Below, piece after piece: positions 48,201 to 61,400 of a DNA stretch of 64,000 nt (positions are counted from its first letter, which is position 1; each line of letters opens with the position of its first letter). Made by a program: the position numbers and the translations under genes. The stretch is taken from NCBI GenBank assembly GCA_051362555.1, contig CM120646.1, positions 19,034,001-19,098,000 on the forward strand, written 5' to 3'. This DNA comes from Lingula anatina. Lineage: Eukaryota > Animalia > Brachiopoda. The notes beneath the pieces were generated by a model. The model saw only the letters and a list, made by a program, of their open reading frames with translations. It was not told where the DNA came from and did no database searches.

Positions 48201-49025
48201 AGAAAAAATCTAAACAAATCAAACAAACTGAAATGCTGTATACTAGTTACATCCTATGTAAGACTTTACTAAATATGTGTTTCTGCTGTCTCTATATCAC
48301 CTGTCTCGCCTCTACTATACAAAGTATATAGCTGTGCCCCTCTCCTCTCCTCCCTGCCTGGAGAGAAACAAAACAAGAGTCCCGCTGCTCAAGAGATTTG
48401 TTTTTACTAAATTGCAGCCTCAGTTAGAGATCAAGTGTGACACCCGCCACATCTCCCGTGTCCAGAGCCATAGAGGAAATCTCCTGGCAGAGACTTGGTT
48501 AAAAATCCCCCAGGCTTCAGCTTTACTCTCACTGCTAAAGAAAACAGTGCCATGCAGCTTGGGAAATAATTACTAATCCACGTTCTGGGGCAGGTATGTT
48601 TAAGCCATATGCCATGGCCAATGCATAGATCATCCTCATGCATGTTTCTAACCTATGCTGTTACACATCAGCTCAAACCATGGTTCTTTCCAAGGAGGAT
48701 GGGAGTTCCATCTCTAGATCTTCTCAGTTACCTTTTCTCCTCAAAGTGTGAGTTAACACGGGATCTGTGTGGACATCTCATCTCCATCCCACTGGGACAC
48801 CGCATAGCTGGGGAATTACTGATACCCCGATCTACAGCAGTGAACTGTTACCATAGGATTGGTAATTCTTTTATTAAATTGTGTCTGGAATTCCATTAAT
48901 TTATTTAAAATTGTTTGAATGGTTGAAACGGTATGATAAGTATTATGGCTAAGATCTTTATTAGAACTGTGCTAAGAGAGAGGAAGAGGGAGGAAGAAAG
49001 AGAGGAAGTCAGAGCTATAATAAAT

Positions 49026-49092
49026 GTTTGTGTGTGTACGTGCATGTGTGTGTTTGTGTGTGTGCGTGCATGTGTGTGTTTGAGAGAGAGAG
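49026..49092. repeat. (TG)n/(GA)n compound microsatellite
   Basis: Directly visible. Confidence 0.85.
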
Positions 49093-49475
49093 AAGAATGG
49101 ATAAAAATGAACATGAAAGTACAGAATGAAAAAGAGAAACTGAAACCTGACTTTCCTCAGATAACCTTTGAAAAACATATTTATCTCCCTCCATCAGACA
49201 GACATCCCATGGTTTTACTACGCTTAAAGCTACACTTGAACCTGAAAACTGACAACAAACAAAATCTCCTATTTTGCAATTGCCAGCATTACTCAACTTT
49301 AACAAAAGATTGCCATTTTAACCCCTCTATATCTTCCTTGCCCTTTTAACTTTTTAAAAGATGTTTCAACAAGAGTTGCAAAATATTCCATCATCCTATT
49401 CTACGGCATATGATACATACAATAAAACTAAACTGCATCATATGTAGCATGATCAAGCCCTGTTCTTCACTATTT

Positions 49476-49826
49476 ATTTTCACCAGCAAAGGAGGTTTTT
49501 TTTTTCATTGATGTCGGCTTGTTTGTTTGTTAGTGGTCAAAATACCTAAAAATGTTTTTCATAAATTTTCACCAGCAAAGGAGGTCGTTCTTCATTGGTG
49601 TTGGCTTGTTTGTTTGTTAGTAGTCAAAATATCTAAAAATGTTTTTCATAAATTTTGATGAGATTTTCAGGATAGGTGGTTTTTCAGGAGGAAAAGAAGT
49701 AATTACAATTTCAACCAAATGCAGTTTGCCTAATTTCTACTGAAAATTTTCTATTTCATCATAATTTAAATTTTGGTCTTGACTGAGACCTCTTTATGTG
49801 TTCTAGATACTTATATATCTAACTTG
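49476..49826 (+). mobile_element. Remnant of a second HINE-like family with an 89-bp duplicated 5' end
   Basis: attttcaccagcaaaggaggt...gtttgtttgttag...aaaatgtttttcataaatttt occurs twice (49476, 49565); GTTT microsatellite follows the 5' end. Confidence 0.5.
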
Positions 49827-50768
49827 GTTAACTTGCAAGTACCGTAGCATGATGCTAGTACGTCCTTAACGTCTCAGCAAATAACATGGCAGTTGAAATC
49901 AATGCAAGAAAAAAAATAAGTACCATTCACAACAGTCTAATCAATGAAGTCTACCTGCAACATGTATTGATATACAATGCAATCAGTCGTATTCAATTGA
50001 AAAAACTGACTCAATAGTCACCGAGGCAAGAACCGCAAATTATCAGTATTATGACATGCTGCACTGGTGGAAGTCCTGTTCTTTATTAATTGTTTATCAT
50101 GCTATAAATAACTCCCCCTTATTTGTATTAGAAGACCGAGTGCAGATCATGAAATAATCGATAATGAAAATGAAGTTACAATAAGTATCTTCGCAACAAC
50201 AGCTAAAATTGCTATTTTCATTCCAATATTTTGTCGTCTTTCCAGTACTCCTTACCTTCTGCAGAAAATAAAATATTGGGGCAGAAATAACTGCAAATTT
50301 AGCTGTTGTTAAGAAGAAACCATTATCATAACTAGATGTAATATAGAGCCAATATAGCTGTTGACCAGAAAACATTAAATTTTTCCACAGAGGCATGTTA
50401 AGATACCTGGCCTAAGGTGAACAAGCATAAAATAATTAAAAAATGGCTACTCTGGTTATCACAAAGCATTTTCCTCTGGCACATAAATCACTTACTTATA
50501 TCCACTAAGACAAGTGTTTAGAATTTGAAATGAAACTCTTTATAAACTTTTTAACTCTCTGATGAGTATCAAGCCCTCAAATTACCCTCTTTCCCACCTT
50601 TACCAGCCCCAAGGCTACAGCACACAGCTTAGGTGACAGTCATTAATGGGGACTGTCCAATCCAATTTGCCATTTTCATGGCTGACCAACCATATCTTTC
50701 TATTAAGTCATTAAAAAGAAATTACTACAATGCCAAAACTTTAATTCAATTAACTCACTGGTATCTGG

Positions 50769-50800
<32 letters not shown>

Positions 50801-51479
50801 CAGACCTTAGAATTCTCACAAACAAAATATGATAAGAAATGCCTTCCTAAGCCTTGGGCCTAAGCTAAAAACAAGCAATAAAGAAAGGACATGACTATTG
50901 GTATGTGCATGGTTTTCTCTAACAAATATCTATTTACACGTGCAACATGTCAACTTTACAAACTGGCAAACTCTTCAAAAAAAGAAGGAACTATCTAGTT
51001 GTCAAATCTATGCACATCTTACCTCTCCATACAAATTTTGCTATTGAATTACCTAAATCTTAGAACATATATAGTTGGCCAGCTGCATCATTATCATTCT
51101 ACAGTCTTACTGTTACTGTTACAGTGCCTGTTCTGGATTCTCTGTTCAAGTTTCTCCATCCAACACAGCTCTCTTGAGTTCTACCAATATTCTCTTGCAT
51201 ATATATCAAATTTCTGAGTCTCATCAACAGCCTTCTCTCATTCACTATACTATTTTCCAAAGTGAAAGTGGCATGGACACCAAACCTCTTCACATTAACA
51301 CTAAGAACAAATTTAATTAACTTGTTCAAGTGCACACACCTGTTATAATTAGCAGGCCTCTGGGCAGTGTTTACCTGTGTTCTAATTTAACACCTTGTTA
51401 TTTCCCAATAAGAAATGGGGAGCTGTTGATTATCCTGGAGCAGGGCTAAATAAAAGAGGGGTGTGGGTAGGGAGGGGGT

Positions 51480-51512
<33 letters not shown>

Positions 51513-51733
51513 TGTGAGGTAGACAATGTTATAACAGGTTTGTCCATACCATGCAGTGAAGGTACTTCCACATCTTTTAATTGTTCCCTTCTGTTTTACT
51601 TTATGTATTAATTAATATAATAATATATTAAATATATTATATTTTGAGTATTGTTAGGTGGCAATCATGTTTTTGTATTGAAAAATAAGTACATCAAGTG
51701 CTTACAAGTTGTTGGTGTAAAATATGCCTCTTT

Positions 51734-52279
51734 GAGCGCATTCTCAACGAATTAAGCCAGGCTTTACAAAGCCGGTGACCTAAAAATGGCGGACATACAT
51801 GAAAGAAAAACCGCCTAATCTTTTAATAGTCTCTCCGCCTCTCACACGCCTCCCCACACGTCGTCCCTGCGGGGTACAGTAATTAAATCTCGGCTCCGAA
51901 CATTAATATTTCCGTGAATATCTCTGGTGATATTATCTCCGTAGATAGTCGATTCATTGCTGCTCTACGGGCCAAATTATTCCTTTTCCGTCTCTGTTTT
52001 CAAAGATAATAGAACAGAAGAGCTTTTTTCCTTCGATCGCCTTCAGCCGCCATGCTTTCTTCACCATGAGTTTAACTGATGAGCATGCGCACTTAATATT
52101 TCTCAGGTAGCTTCCACATGGCGAACGGAGCCGAGATTTAATTACTGTACCCCGCAGGGACGACGTGTGGGGAGGCGGAGAGACTATTAAAAGATTAGGC
52201 GGGTTTTCTTTCATGTACGTCCGCCATTTTTAGGTCACCGGCTTTGTAAAGCCTGGCTTAATTCGTTGAGAATGCGCTC
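51734..52279. mobile_element. Non-autonomous DNA transposon (MITE) with ~160-bp near-perfect TIRs
   Basis: GAGCGCATTCTCAACGAATTAAGCCAGGC... mirrored by ...GCCTGGCTTAATTCGTTGAGAATGCGCTC; CpG-rich; TSD unclear (TTT/TAT). Confidence 0.88.
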
Positions 52280-55200
52280 TATGAGCCTGTTCCATTAGCA
52301 TGAAACAAGTGAGATACTACAGCAAGATTTTAATGATATTAAGCAGCAGGTGATATGCCAAATTATAACACAGTTTATTTTTATATGTGGCTTCAAACTG
52401 TGCATCATACTAACTGCTCTGCTTTCAGCCTTGCATACCCAGGCTTAAGTTTATGGCTACCACAGCGGGCAATTAAATTTTTTTTTCCTTAAATTTCTTT
52501 ATTTTTTCTTTGTTAAATTTCATTTTTTTTATATTTTCTGATTATCATAACATTTAAATCCAGTAAAGCAAAGGAACACTTTCTATTCTGCTAGCTCTGA
52601 CAAACGTGGACCCTGGACCATTTATGTGGCCCTGAGAGAGGGCAATTAAGAGGGTGACTGGTACAGGTATACCACTGCATCTGTTATAATTAAGAAGTAA
52701 ATACAGGTAAACACCTGATCACTGTGAAGTACACACTTAATCCTCTTAAAACAGGTAGGTAAATCACCTGCTTACACAAAGGACAGAGCAAGGGAGGGGC
52801 ACTTAAGAAGGAATTGTTGTGCAAAATAGTTAAGAGGTACCACTTCAAAGGATGTGAGCGAAGGCACTCTTTATCTGTGTATCTCCAACATGGACCATTG
52901 TGTGATTGCTGACTGAAAAACTGCTAGTTACTAATTGCATTTAGTGATTACCTTGAAGATAAACCTTAGAGAAAATGGTGTTTAACTGGAAATACATAAA
53001 CATCAATGTTATTTCTTTGTTTACTTTTTATCATGTTAAGAAAAATGTTTTGCCTTTGAGCATGAAGTTCACCTTTAATTTTGTTGTTCAAAATCAAAGC
53101 AATTGGTGACACCTACAACCTGTATAAAGGCCACAAAACGCCTCTGCTTCTTAATTGTCCAATATCTTGTAATTCAACCAGATCTCCCAACCTCCAATTC
53201 AATCATATACATTTATATTATAAGTGTTAATGAAGCACTTATTGCTATGCCACATACGAACCTTGCTAAGTGAGAGTAATTATACAGAAAAAAATGTTTC
53301 CAAACTGAAGTGGTGCTTTGCTGGTTGATAATAAGTACACACAATTTCTTACTTTATATCATCAGTTTTTATCTTCTATTGTTTTGTAATTTTCCTGTAA
53401 CATATTCAGTTGCAGTGGTGTACTCAATATTACAATAAACTATCTATATATTGCTCAGTATCATTGCCAGCTGCACTGCCCACACTCTCTTTGACGCCAT
53501 CTGTACTGTCTTACTGGGCAAGTATCTTACATATTAATCTGTCATCAGGACAGGTGTCCAAAGTGCCTTCTTGTAAAAACCATCTCTTTGCAGATAACAA
53601 CCTTCAAATATCAGTTAATACTGGAGTGGGTGCCTGGTAATTACCAAGTATCCTTCAGTTAATCACTTAATTTGGAATTAATATTTGCAAACTTAAAGTT
53701 ATGCAAGCACTAAGTGTGCCCTATTGATTGGAATTGGAGGCACATGTTCAGAGGAGGCACTTCAAAACTGAGCGCTAAGACAAAAGGGTCTTCACTAACA
53801 CATGCCGGGGGGATTTGATTCTCACCTTGGCAGGAACAAAACAATATTTGGAATCATTACTGTGTGGCAGTGAAAAAATTACGATGGATTGATGTGAATG
53901 AGCATTGTTTTGATCTGATGTGACCAAAATTATCAATGTTTCTATACCAGGGCAGTCTTAAATGCTCATTCATTAAGTGTACGGTTTACAGGCTATATTA
54001 TATTTTGACATGTAGTCCTTTGGAGAAGTACGACACCAATACTTCCAGGGTTTCTGAACCCTCTTAAAAACCATTTAAATGTAACTCTATCTAAATTTTA
54101 AAATAGCAAAACTAGATAAATAACAACAGACTCGTTTCATAAAATAGCACCTTTACTTACCTGCTGAGAACAATTCAACCACATCTATTTTGAGCAAATA
54201 TCTACATGTCAGTAACTGCTATAGGTTACCTCCAGTGGGCATTATTAACAGGTAGAGATTGACTATTGATTTTACTTTGTTGTCTGATAAGATGACACCT
54301 GAGACTTGGCACTGGCACTTCCTACACATATAAGACTTCCCTATATTACTGCTAATATATCTTTAATTACATGAAAGCACTAGTATTAAGCCACTTTCTT
54401 TTATCCACAGAGAGAAATTGAAATCAGTTTTATTTACTAAATTACAGTTTACCTTGAAGATTGTACCTTCTCTAATTTAACATGATTTAAGATGTAAACA
54501 CTGTTAAGAATATAGATTCTAAATACATCAACTTTGGGTCATGCATTAAGTTTTGACACCCTCTGTAACCTTGCATCTGAAGGTGTTTCACACCTTGTTC
54601 AACTCACAGGCAACAGAAGGCTACAGACCATAGTATAATGAGATACTGGCTTATTACATATTACTCCAAAGAACACTGTCACTAAACCACCTGCCTTATT
54701 AGTGCTCATATACAGGGGAGCTCAAAGTGATGTTAACACTTGATTTATTTGATGGGCAGATAAAATTAAGCATCACTGCTTTTGATGCCATGTTGCAAGT
54801 CTTTCTACAATATATTTGAAGAAAAAATCGTTTCCAAGCACTAGCTACTTTCATCAGCATCAGCTATTTTCAGCTAATCAGCTATTTTCTACATGATGCA
54901 AAAATGTAAATGCTTATGTTGAAAGATTGAGACAAATCATGACAGTTTCATGTACAGTATGATAGATAATGGCAATTGCTGCACAAATGAAAATCTAAAG
55001 ATTCAATGATAATCATCAGATAAGTGAACTGTTTTATAAATAAAAACCAAGAAAACCAAACTTTTTTTTTTTTATTTTGAAAGAAATACTTCATTTAAGA
55101 AGCATGTCCTTCCAAACAGTGCCTCATGGTACTAACCAGTGTACTAAGATGATCAGTATTTAGTCCTCAAGCTGCCCTATATCCACTGTATCATCATATT

Positions 55201-55699
55201 TGTGTCAGGGCTTATTAAGCCAATAATCGTGCAAACTCACTCTTACAAGTGCTTTAATTCACCAATCCACTGGCTAAGTATTCTCTATTCATTCTTTCAG
55301 GGTTTATCAATTAGAATTTATGTCCAACCAACAATGTCCTCCCTGAATATCAGAAGACACTGGAAGCCTGATTCTCCACTATCAGCCTGCCTCTGCTGTT
55401 TCCAATATCTGATCTGAAACCCAGGGTGACCATATCCAAACTGGAGAGTGTTGAAAAAAAAAGTTGTTCAAGCGACCCAGTGTATTAAGATTAGTTTTTA
55501 CCTTTATAAAAGCAGGCACCCTATGGTTTCTGTTCTTAATCTTTCTATCTTTCCTGTAAAACCAAGTCCTACTGTCACTATGTACCCAGGTAACTCACTG
55601 AATGGCTGTTAAGTCTCCCTTTCATACAGACTACCACTTAATTATTATAAGTCCACTATAGGAATGACCACAACTTTATTGAACCTTTACCATCCAAAT

Positions 55700-56340
55700 A
55701 CCCAGCGGTCAGCAGAATGTTTCTCAGGCAAGACGTTACGCCACTTTGTATTGGGTTATTATTCTTACCTTACGATGAAACCATAAGTCTACCTGGGTGT
55801 CCCTGCTAATGTCGACAGTTGAAATCAGTCGACTTCTTTGTCTTCAAAGTTTAAACACTTTTTGTGGACAGTTCATTTCCTGGCTGTTGTATTTCCTAGT
55901 AGATAACTGTGCAGCCTTGCTGTTGTTGGCCCGGGGCACCTGCTATGTCTAGATGCTCAGTATGGACGGTGCAAACAACAGGGAAAATAACTGTAAATAC
56001 TAACCCTTCACCCCGATCACACTAATAGTTTCCTGATCACAATACCTCCAGTGTAGTCGGTCCGGTAATCCCGTTAATACTCCAATTGTATCCCTGTATC
56101 AACACATATACAGAACACGACCAAGTCACCGTTTAACCGTAAACCCATTTGTATTACAATCTCACTTAAGCTCTTTCTTCGTTATGTCAACTATTAACAC
56201 TTGAGCTCTTGCCTTGAAATAGGTGAACAATGGAGGGGATGATTCGACAACAAGATCGATAATGGAGCGAAACGATTGATTTCCCACCCTCTTTGATCTG
56301 CATTGAAAACTAACCAGGCATGCTAGATCAATAGAGGCGG
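55700..56340 (-). promoter_or_regulatory. Candidate promoter / non-coding first exon of the Kirre-like gene
   Basis: Local CpG enrichment in non-repeat DNA and a strong donor AAG|gtaaga at 55769/55768. The ATG exon has an acceptor, so an upstream exon is required. Confidence 0.45.
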
Positions 56341-58322
56341 TGAAATTGGTTTTGCTACAATGTCTTAAGTTTCAAGTAGCAACGAAAATAGATTTTTTGG
56401 CAGGTAGCAATTGGGATGGAGACATATGGTCACAGGAGACAGAAGAACACGAGGTTGAGGTTGCACATGGAGTCAGTGACCAGCACTGAAACAAATAGGA
56501 ACATTTACATAGGATTTACACCACAGTATTATTTATACAGTTTAATTTTACTCCACTGTTGATCACATCCCTTATTTAATGTACTTTATTATAAGTTTGT
56601 CATTACTTAAACCGACTACTAGTACTTGAAATTCATTAATAAATAGCCAGCAGGATTATTATAACACCAACACCTAACGAAGAACTAATTGTCAAAAGAG
56701 CTAAAAAAATTAAAATAAAAAAAAATTTTTTAAAAAGCCCAGGATGAGAAAACCCCTGTCCACTTGAGCATAATGTTTCACCCATGTTATCAGCCTACAT
56801 TCACACACCATAAGAAGTATGTACATGCCTAGGGGGACCATTTTGCCTGGTCTGTGCTTGTTTGCTAGAACCTGCTATTCTTTTCCTTATACAAACTGTC
56901 ACCAGACTCAAATCTCCAATATTTTGTCAGTTATATAATTTCTTTTTGTCCGCTAACCCCTTCCGACCCTGGATATAGCCATTGATTATTTATTGCCGAC
57001 TTCTTGTCCATTACCCCTTAATTAAGACTATTGAAAGAACTCGGGATAGAAAATTGGTGCTAATAATTTTCGGTCAACATTTGACAGTTTTGTTATATTG
57101 TTTGTAATTATTTTCCATAAACAGGGCCTAGCCTGGACCAACCTCATAGCTTCCATTGTAGAAAACTAATATCAACATTTATATGGGGAAAATACAATGG
57201 GGAGCCTTTAATTTACCTAGTTTATTAAAACATTTTCAAGGATTTGTACTTGGGATTAAGGACTTTTCATAAACATGAATAAGCGATGGATCTTTTCTTC
57301 CAAATCAACTAAGCTGTTGTGATGCAATATGATAATATGATTCCAACTAATTTCTTGTTCCAGTTCTTTTCAAAACTTAATTGTCCGAATAGAAAAATCT
57401 TTTCAGAAAAGGCGTCAGCTTACTTCAATAACACTGGCATGATGGTATCAAGTTATAATATGCAACACAATATATTTCCCAAAAGGTCCCTAAGATTTAA
57501 AATAAACTTATGGAAGGTGATTTCAAAATTACTAATGAGCCTAACAAAAAGTTAATACTTGCTCAAAGTAGAATATCAGTCTATTGAATGCCGATTAAAT
57601 CCTATTAGCTCAAATAAAATTATCACAACTTCTATCCATGTCTTTTTTTCTATATTTGACCCCACCCACTATTATATGAAATCCCTTACTCTAAGTGCAG
57701 AACTTCTAATGCAGGATATATTTCTAAGACACATTTTCTAAAATGAGACGATAATACTTTTAAGCTTTAAATTATACCCAGAAATTTCATAACACTTCTT
57801 GCCTACCCCCCCCCCCCCCCCCATATCCTACCAGGCCACTACTGTAACATCTACCGTAGTATGGTAAGTGAAGTCCTCCTTTATATTTTTCTAATCATAA
57901 CTGATGTTGTCAGCTGCTCTCAGTCTTATAACAGAACAAAAACATTTTGTCTCACAGCTGCTCCACATATCTTTTTCGCAAAGTCTCATTTTACAAAACT
58001 TTATATTCTACCAGTAAGGAGAAAACAGGACATACTGAAAGTTGTCTACAGGGGGCTGGTTAATGCTTTTTGGTCCATTATAGCAGGGAGGGGTGTTCTG
58101 GTAGAGGAAGGGGGGCTCAAAATAACCACCCTTTTGGCTCAAAAAGTTGCAATCCGAATCAAATTAAGATCCAAGTTCTATGTCATTTCTAAGTTGGATC
58201 ACCAAAAAGGTACCACTATATAAAAAAGGTCCATTTTTCCAGATATACACCCCAGCCACCCTTTAAAATAGCTCACTACAGGCCTGATTATGGCAACATT
58301 CTCCTATCACTTAGAGCAAACT

Positions 58323-58490
58323 CAGGGGCGGATTTAGGCCGTCTTCTGGGTATTCCGGAAGACGGTCAGATTTTCAAGTTTACATTGACGAGTATCTAAT
58401 TTTTTCTGTTGGAAGACGGTCAAAATTGGAGGAAACATCAACAAAGATAATTTGGAAGACTGTCAATAAATAGCTCTGGATCCCCCCCTG
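58323..58490. mobile_element. Short MITE with CAGGGG termini and 5-bp TSD AAACT
   Basis: AAACT|CAGGGGCGGATTTAG ... CTGGATCCCCCCCTG|AAACT; internal ggaagacggtca repeats. Confidence 0.75.
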
Positions 58491-61400
58491 AAACTGTACA
58501 CCCTCCCCTCTACTTAATATATGTACTCACAACCCAGTAACTATACACTTCTCAAAATACAACCCACACAAATGACAACCTAGAATATTGTGGAATGTAA
58601 TTATCCTTTTGAAATGGACAGGACCCAAGGTAAAGGTCATATTCCTCATGGTCATACACTTTAGCCAGGAAAAATAATGACATCTGAAACTTCGGTGCTG
58701 TGAAAAGAAAGAAAAACTCGACAGCACGAAGTCAAAAGGCGGACAAAATATGTCCTTCGTAATCAACTCCCTCCAAACGCAACAAACTTTCATGGTTCAA
58801 TGGTCTTTCTGTCGCTATAAATCAAGAAGGGGGGCATCTATGCCAGTGAAGCAAGAAAAAGTTGAATAATCTGAGGTAACACCTCAACATAGGACAAGGC
58901 AGAAGGTGTGACTTACTGCTCCCCCCCTGCTACAGAATCAATGGTGACACAACCCTAGAGTGCAAATAGCTGGGGTTTTGTTTATCAGCAGTTTGGCATT
59001 GTCTTTTTCTCAACAATTTTACAAACATTGAATATCAATAAATATGTTCTAAAGATAACTTTTTTTATGCCATTTTGAACAGCTTCACTTTGGTCCAGGG
59101 CTATGACCCTCATCAATCCCTTTTCTTTTTTTCTTTCTTTCATGTCTTATTATTATTATTAGTAACCGGAACAAAAAAATCAAGTCTGAAACTACAGAAG
59201 AACATTTTCCAACCTTTTTTGTTTTAATAGGATAATGTTCACTGCTCTTGAAATGTAAAGATTATAATATTTTTAAAAACATTATATTATTATTTATATG
59301 TACTTTATCAGATTTTTTCCTTTGGACTGTATATCTGCCATTTAAAATGAGGTAAGTGATGACTTGCAAGCAAATATGCCTCTTGCTTAAAAAACTTGAC
59401 AATTAAAAAAACGTTATATTTGACTATGAAATTGGTCAAGTCACCAGGAGCCCAAAACTTGATGCAAGACGCCATTTGTTTCTGCAGACAGAGCACTCAA
59501 ACAGACTAAGTGATTTAAAGACTAATTTCAAGTACTGTCCTCTTTAATAAAAAAATATACTGTTCCCTCCAATAAAATACCTGATACGTCTATGCCAGTG
59601 TCCATGTTCCTTATCTGATGGGATTATTTTCTGGTCAAAAGAATCCTTTTCATCAGCTGGTTAACTCCACAGGGGAGAGGCATGTTTGAGATGCATACTT
59701 AATGTACGAAAGTTTTATACAGCATTTTTCCTACATTTCCTTCTTTCCTTTTTTTCAATTTTTACTGCTTATGTTACTTATCAACAATTTGTTTCTTTGA
59801 AAAGATTTCAGAATAAAAAGAGTTCAGTTTATTATCTTTTCCATTAAACAAAATTCTTTTTTTCCTTTAATCCTCAAGATCATAGTAACCATAAAAAAAG
59901 CAAAAAAGGAAGCAAATGCTATTTGCTTCTCTTTTTTTTCTTTTTCTACCGGAAGTTTATAACAGCCATGAACTAAATAAAGAGGAAAAAAATGCTGTTT
60001 TACTTTGCTTTTTCAATACCTTCTCGGTATTTTCCAAATAATCCATCTCTTTTGCTTTTTCAACAAATCTCATTTCTTTAAAAATGTTTTGGCAAAATTG
60101 ATTTAAACGGATGGAAAAAGACATCTCTAATCTCCTGCCAATTTTTGTTCTTCTTTTATTACACACACATTCATTTTCTCCTTGAGAATGAAATTTAAAC
60201 AAGAATGCCAATTAGTCATATTGCTGCAATCAAATAAGGAAAAAAATCACAAGGTTATTTTATCTACCTACAGACTTAGTTTCCTCTCAACCACCTTTAT
60301 ATAGCGCCAGAGTTTATTACAACAGTGAGTGAAACTACAGGCAGATATGAGAAACTTGGCTTATAAATATTTTCTAACTAATAACAATGCCCAAAGCTAT
60401 CTTTGGCAAGCTAAAAAAAAAAAATTCACAAAATAATTTAAAGATACAAGCAGACAGAGGACATCTAACTGTGGAATACACCATTAAACTTATAATGATT
60501 CTAAATGGCAATCAGTACCTTTGGGTTAAGCGGGAACATCAAAAAATCCCAGAACGAAATAAAATCAATCATTTCTACCTATTGATTTCCATAACATATC
60601 AATGCTTTTCATTGCTGCTCATACAAAGGGGGGAGAAGATACTACAAACAACCCAGCTCTATTGATTCTCCAGTTTGTAGTGGCTTGCCTCATTATGTAT
60701 TCATTAGCTAAGTGGGTAATAATTAACTTTGCATTTGTCTCCCATTGTTTGGACAAGACCACTTAACACAACTGCTGACCACTCCAGTGCTGCAGGTAAT
60801 CTGATGAACATAGGTAAAATAAAGTCAACATTAAATATTGAGATGCCGTGCCGCTCCATTGCCCAGCACTTGAGTTTCAGCAACAGCAGCCATACAAACT
60901 TTTTATGATCATGTACTATTTCAATTGTAAAAGCACAATTTATAAACCTAAAATAGTAATTTTATTGTATAGTAAGCTGTTTTACTTTATTTTCAAACAG
61001 TTCCAAGTGCCTAAAAACCTCTAAATTTCAAATCAGCATTGCACAAATGCTCCTTAAATACTCCTTCACAAATATCTGTAACTGATTTCATTAAAATGCT
61101 CTGGTCCATAAAATACCTGATATTTTTATAACAGAGTTCTGCGTAGTCATCTCTCAACACCTCATTATCAAGAGGGGGAAAAATCAAAAGTAGCTGAAAA
61201 TTAAGATTCAGTGATGCACATAAAACTCATTATACATCTTGTAGAGGGGGGAAACTATTGTGACTGGAAAATATCATTCTTTTTCAAAGTGACTTCTTTT
61301 TTTTTTTTCTGTGTCCTTACCTGCTTTAAAACCATGACAACTAAACCATATACTTTGACAACTAAACCATATCCTTGAGGTGACTTCTCTCAATTTAACA

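Noticed and set aside
48905-49349. Cluster of ORFs on both strands
   Set aside because: Generated by TG/GA microsatellites.
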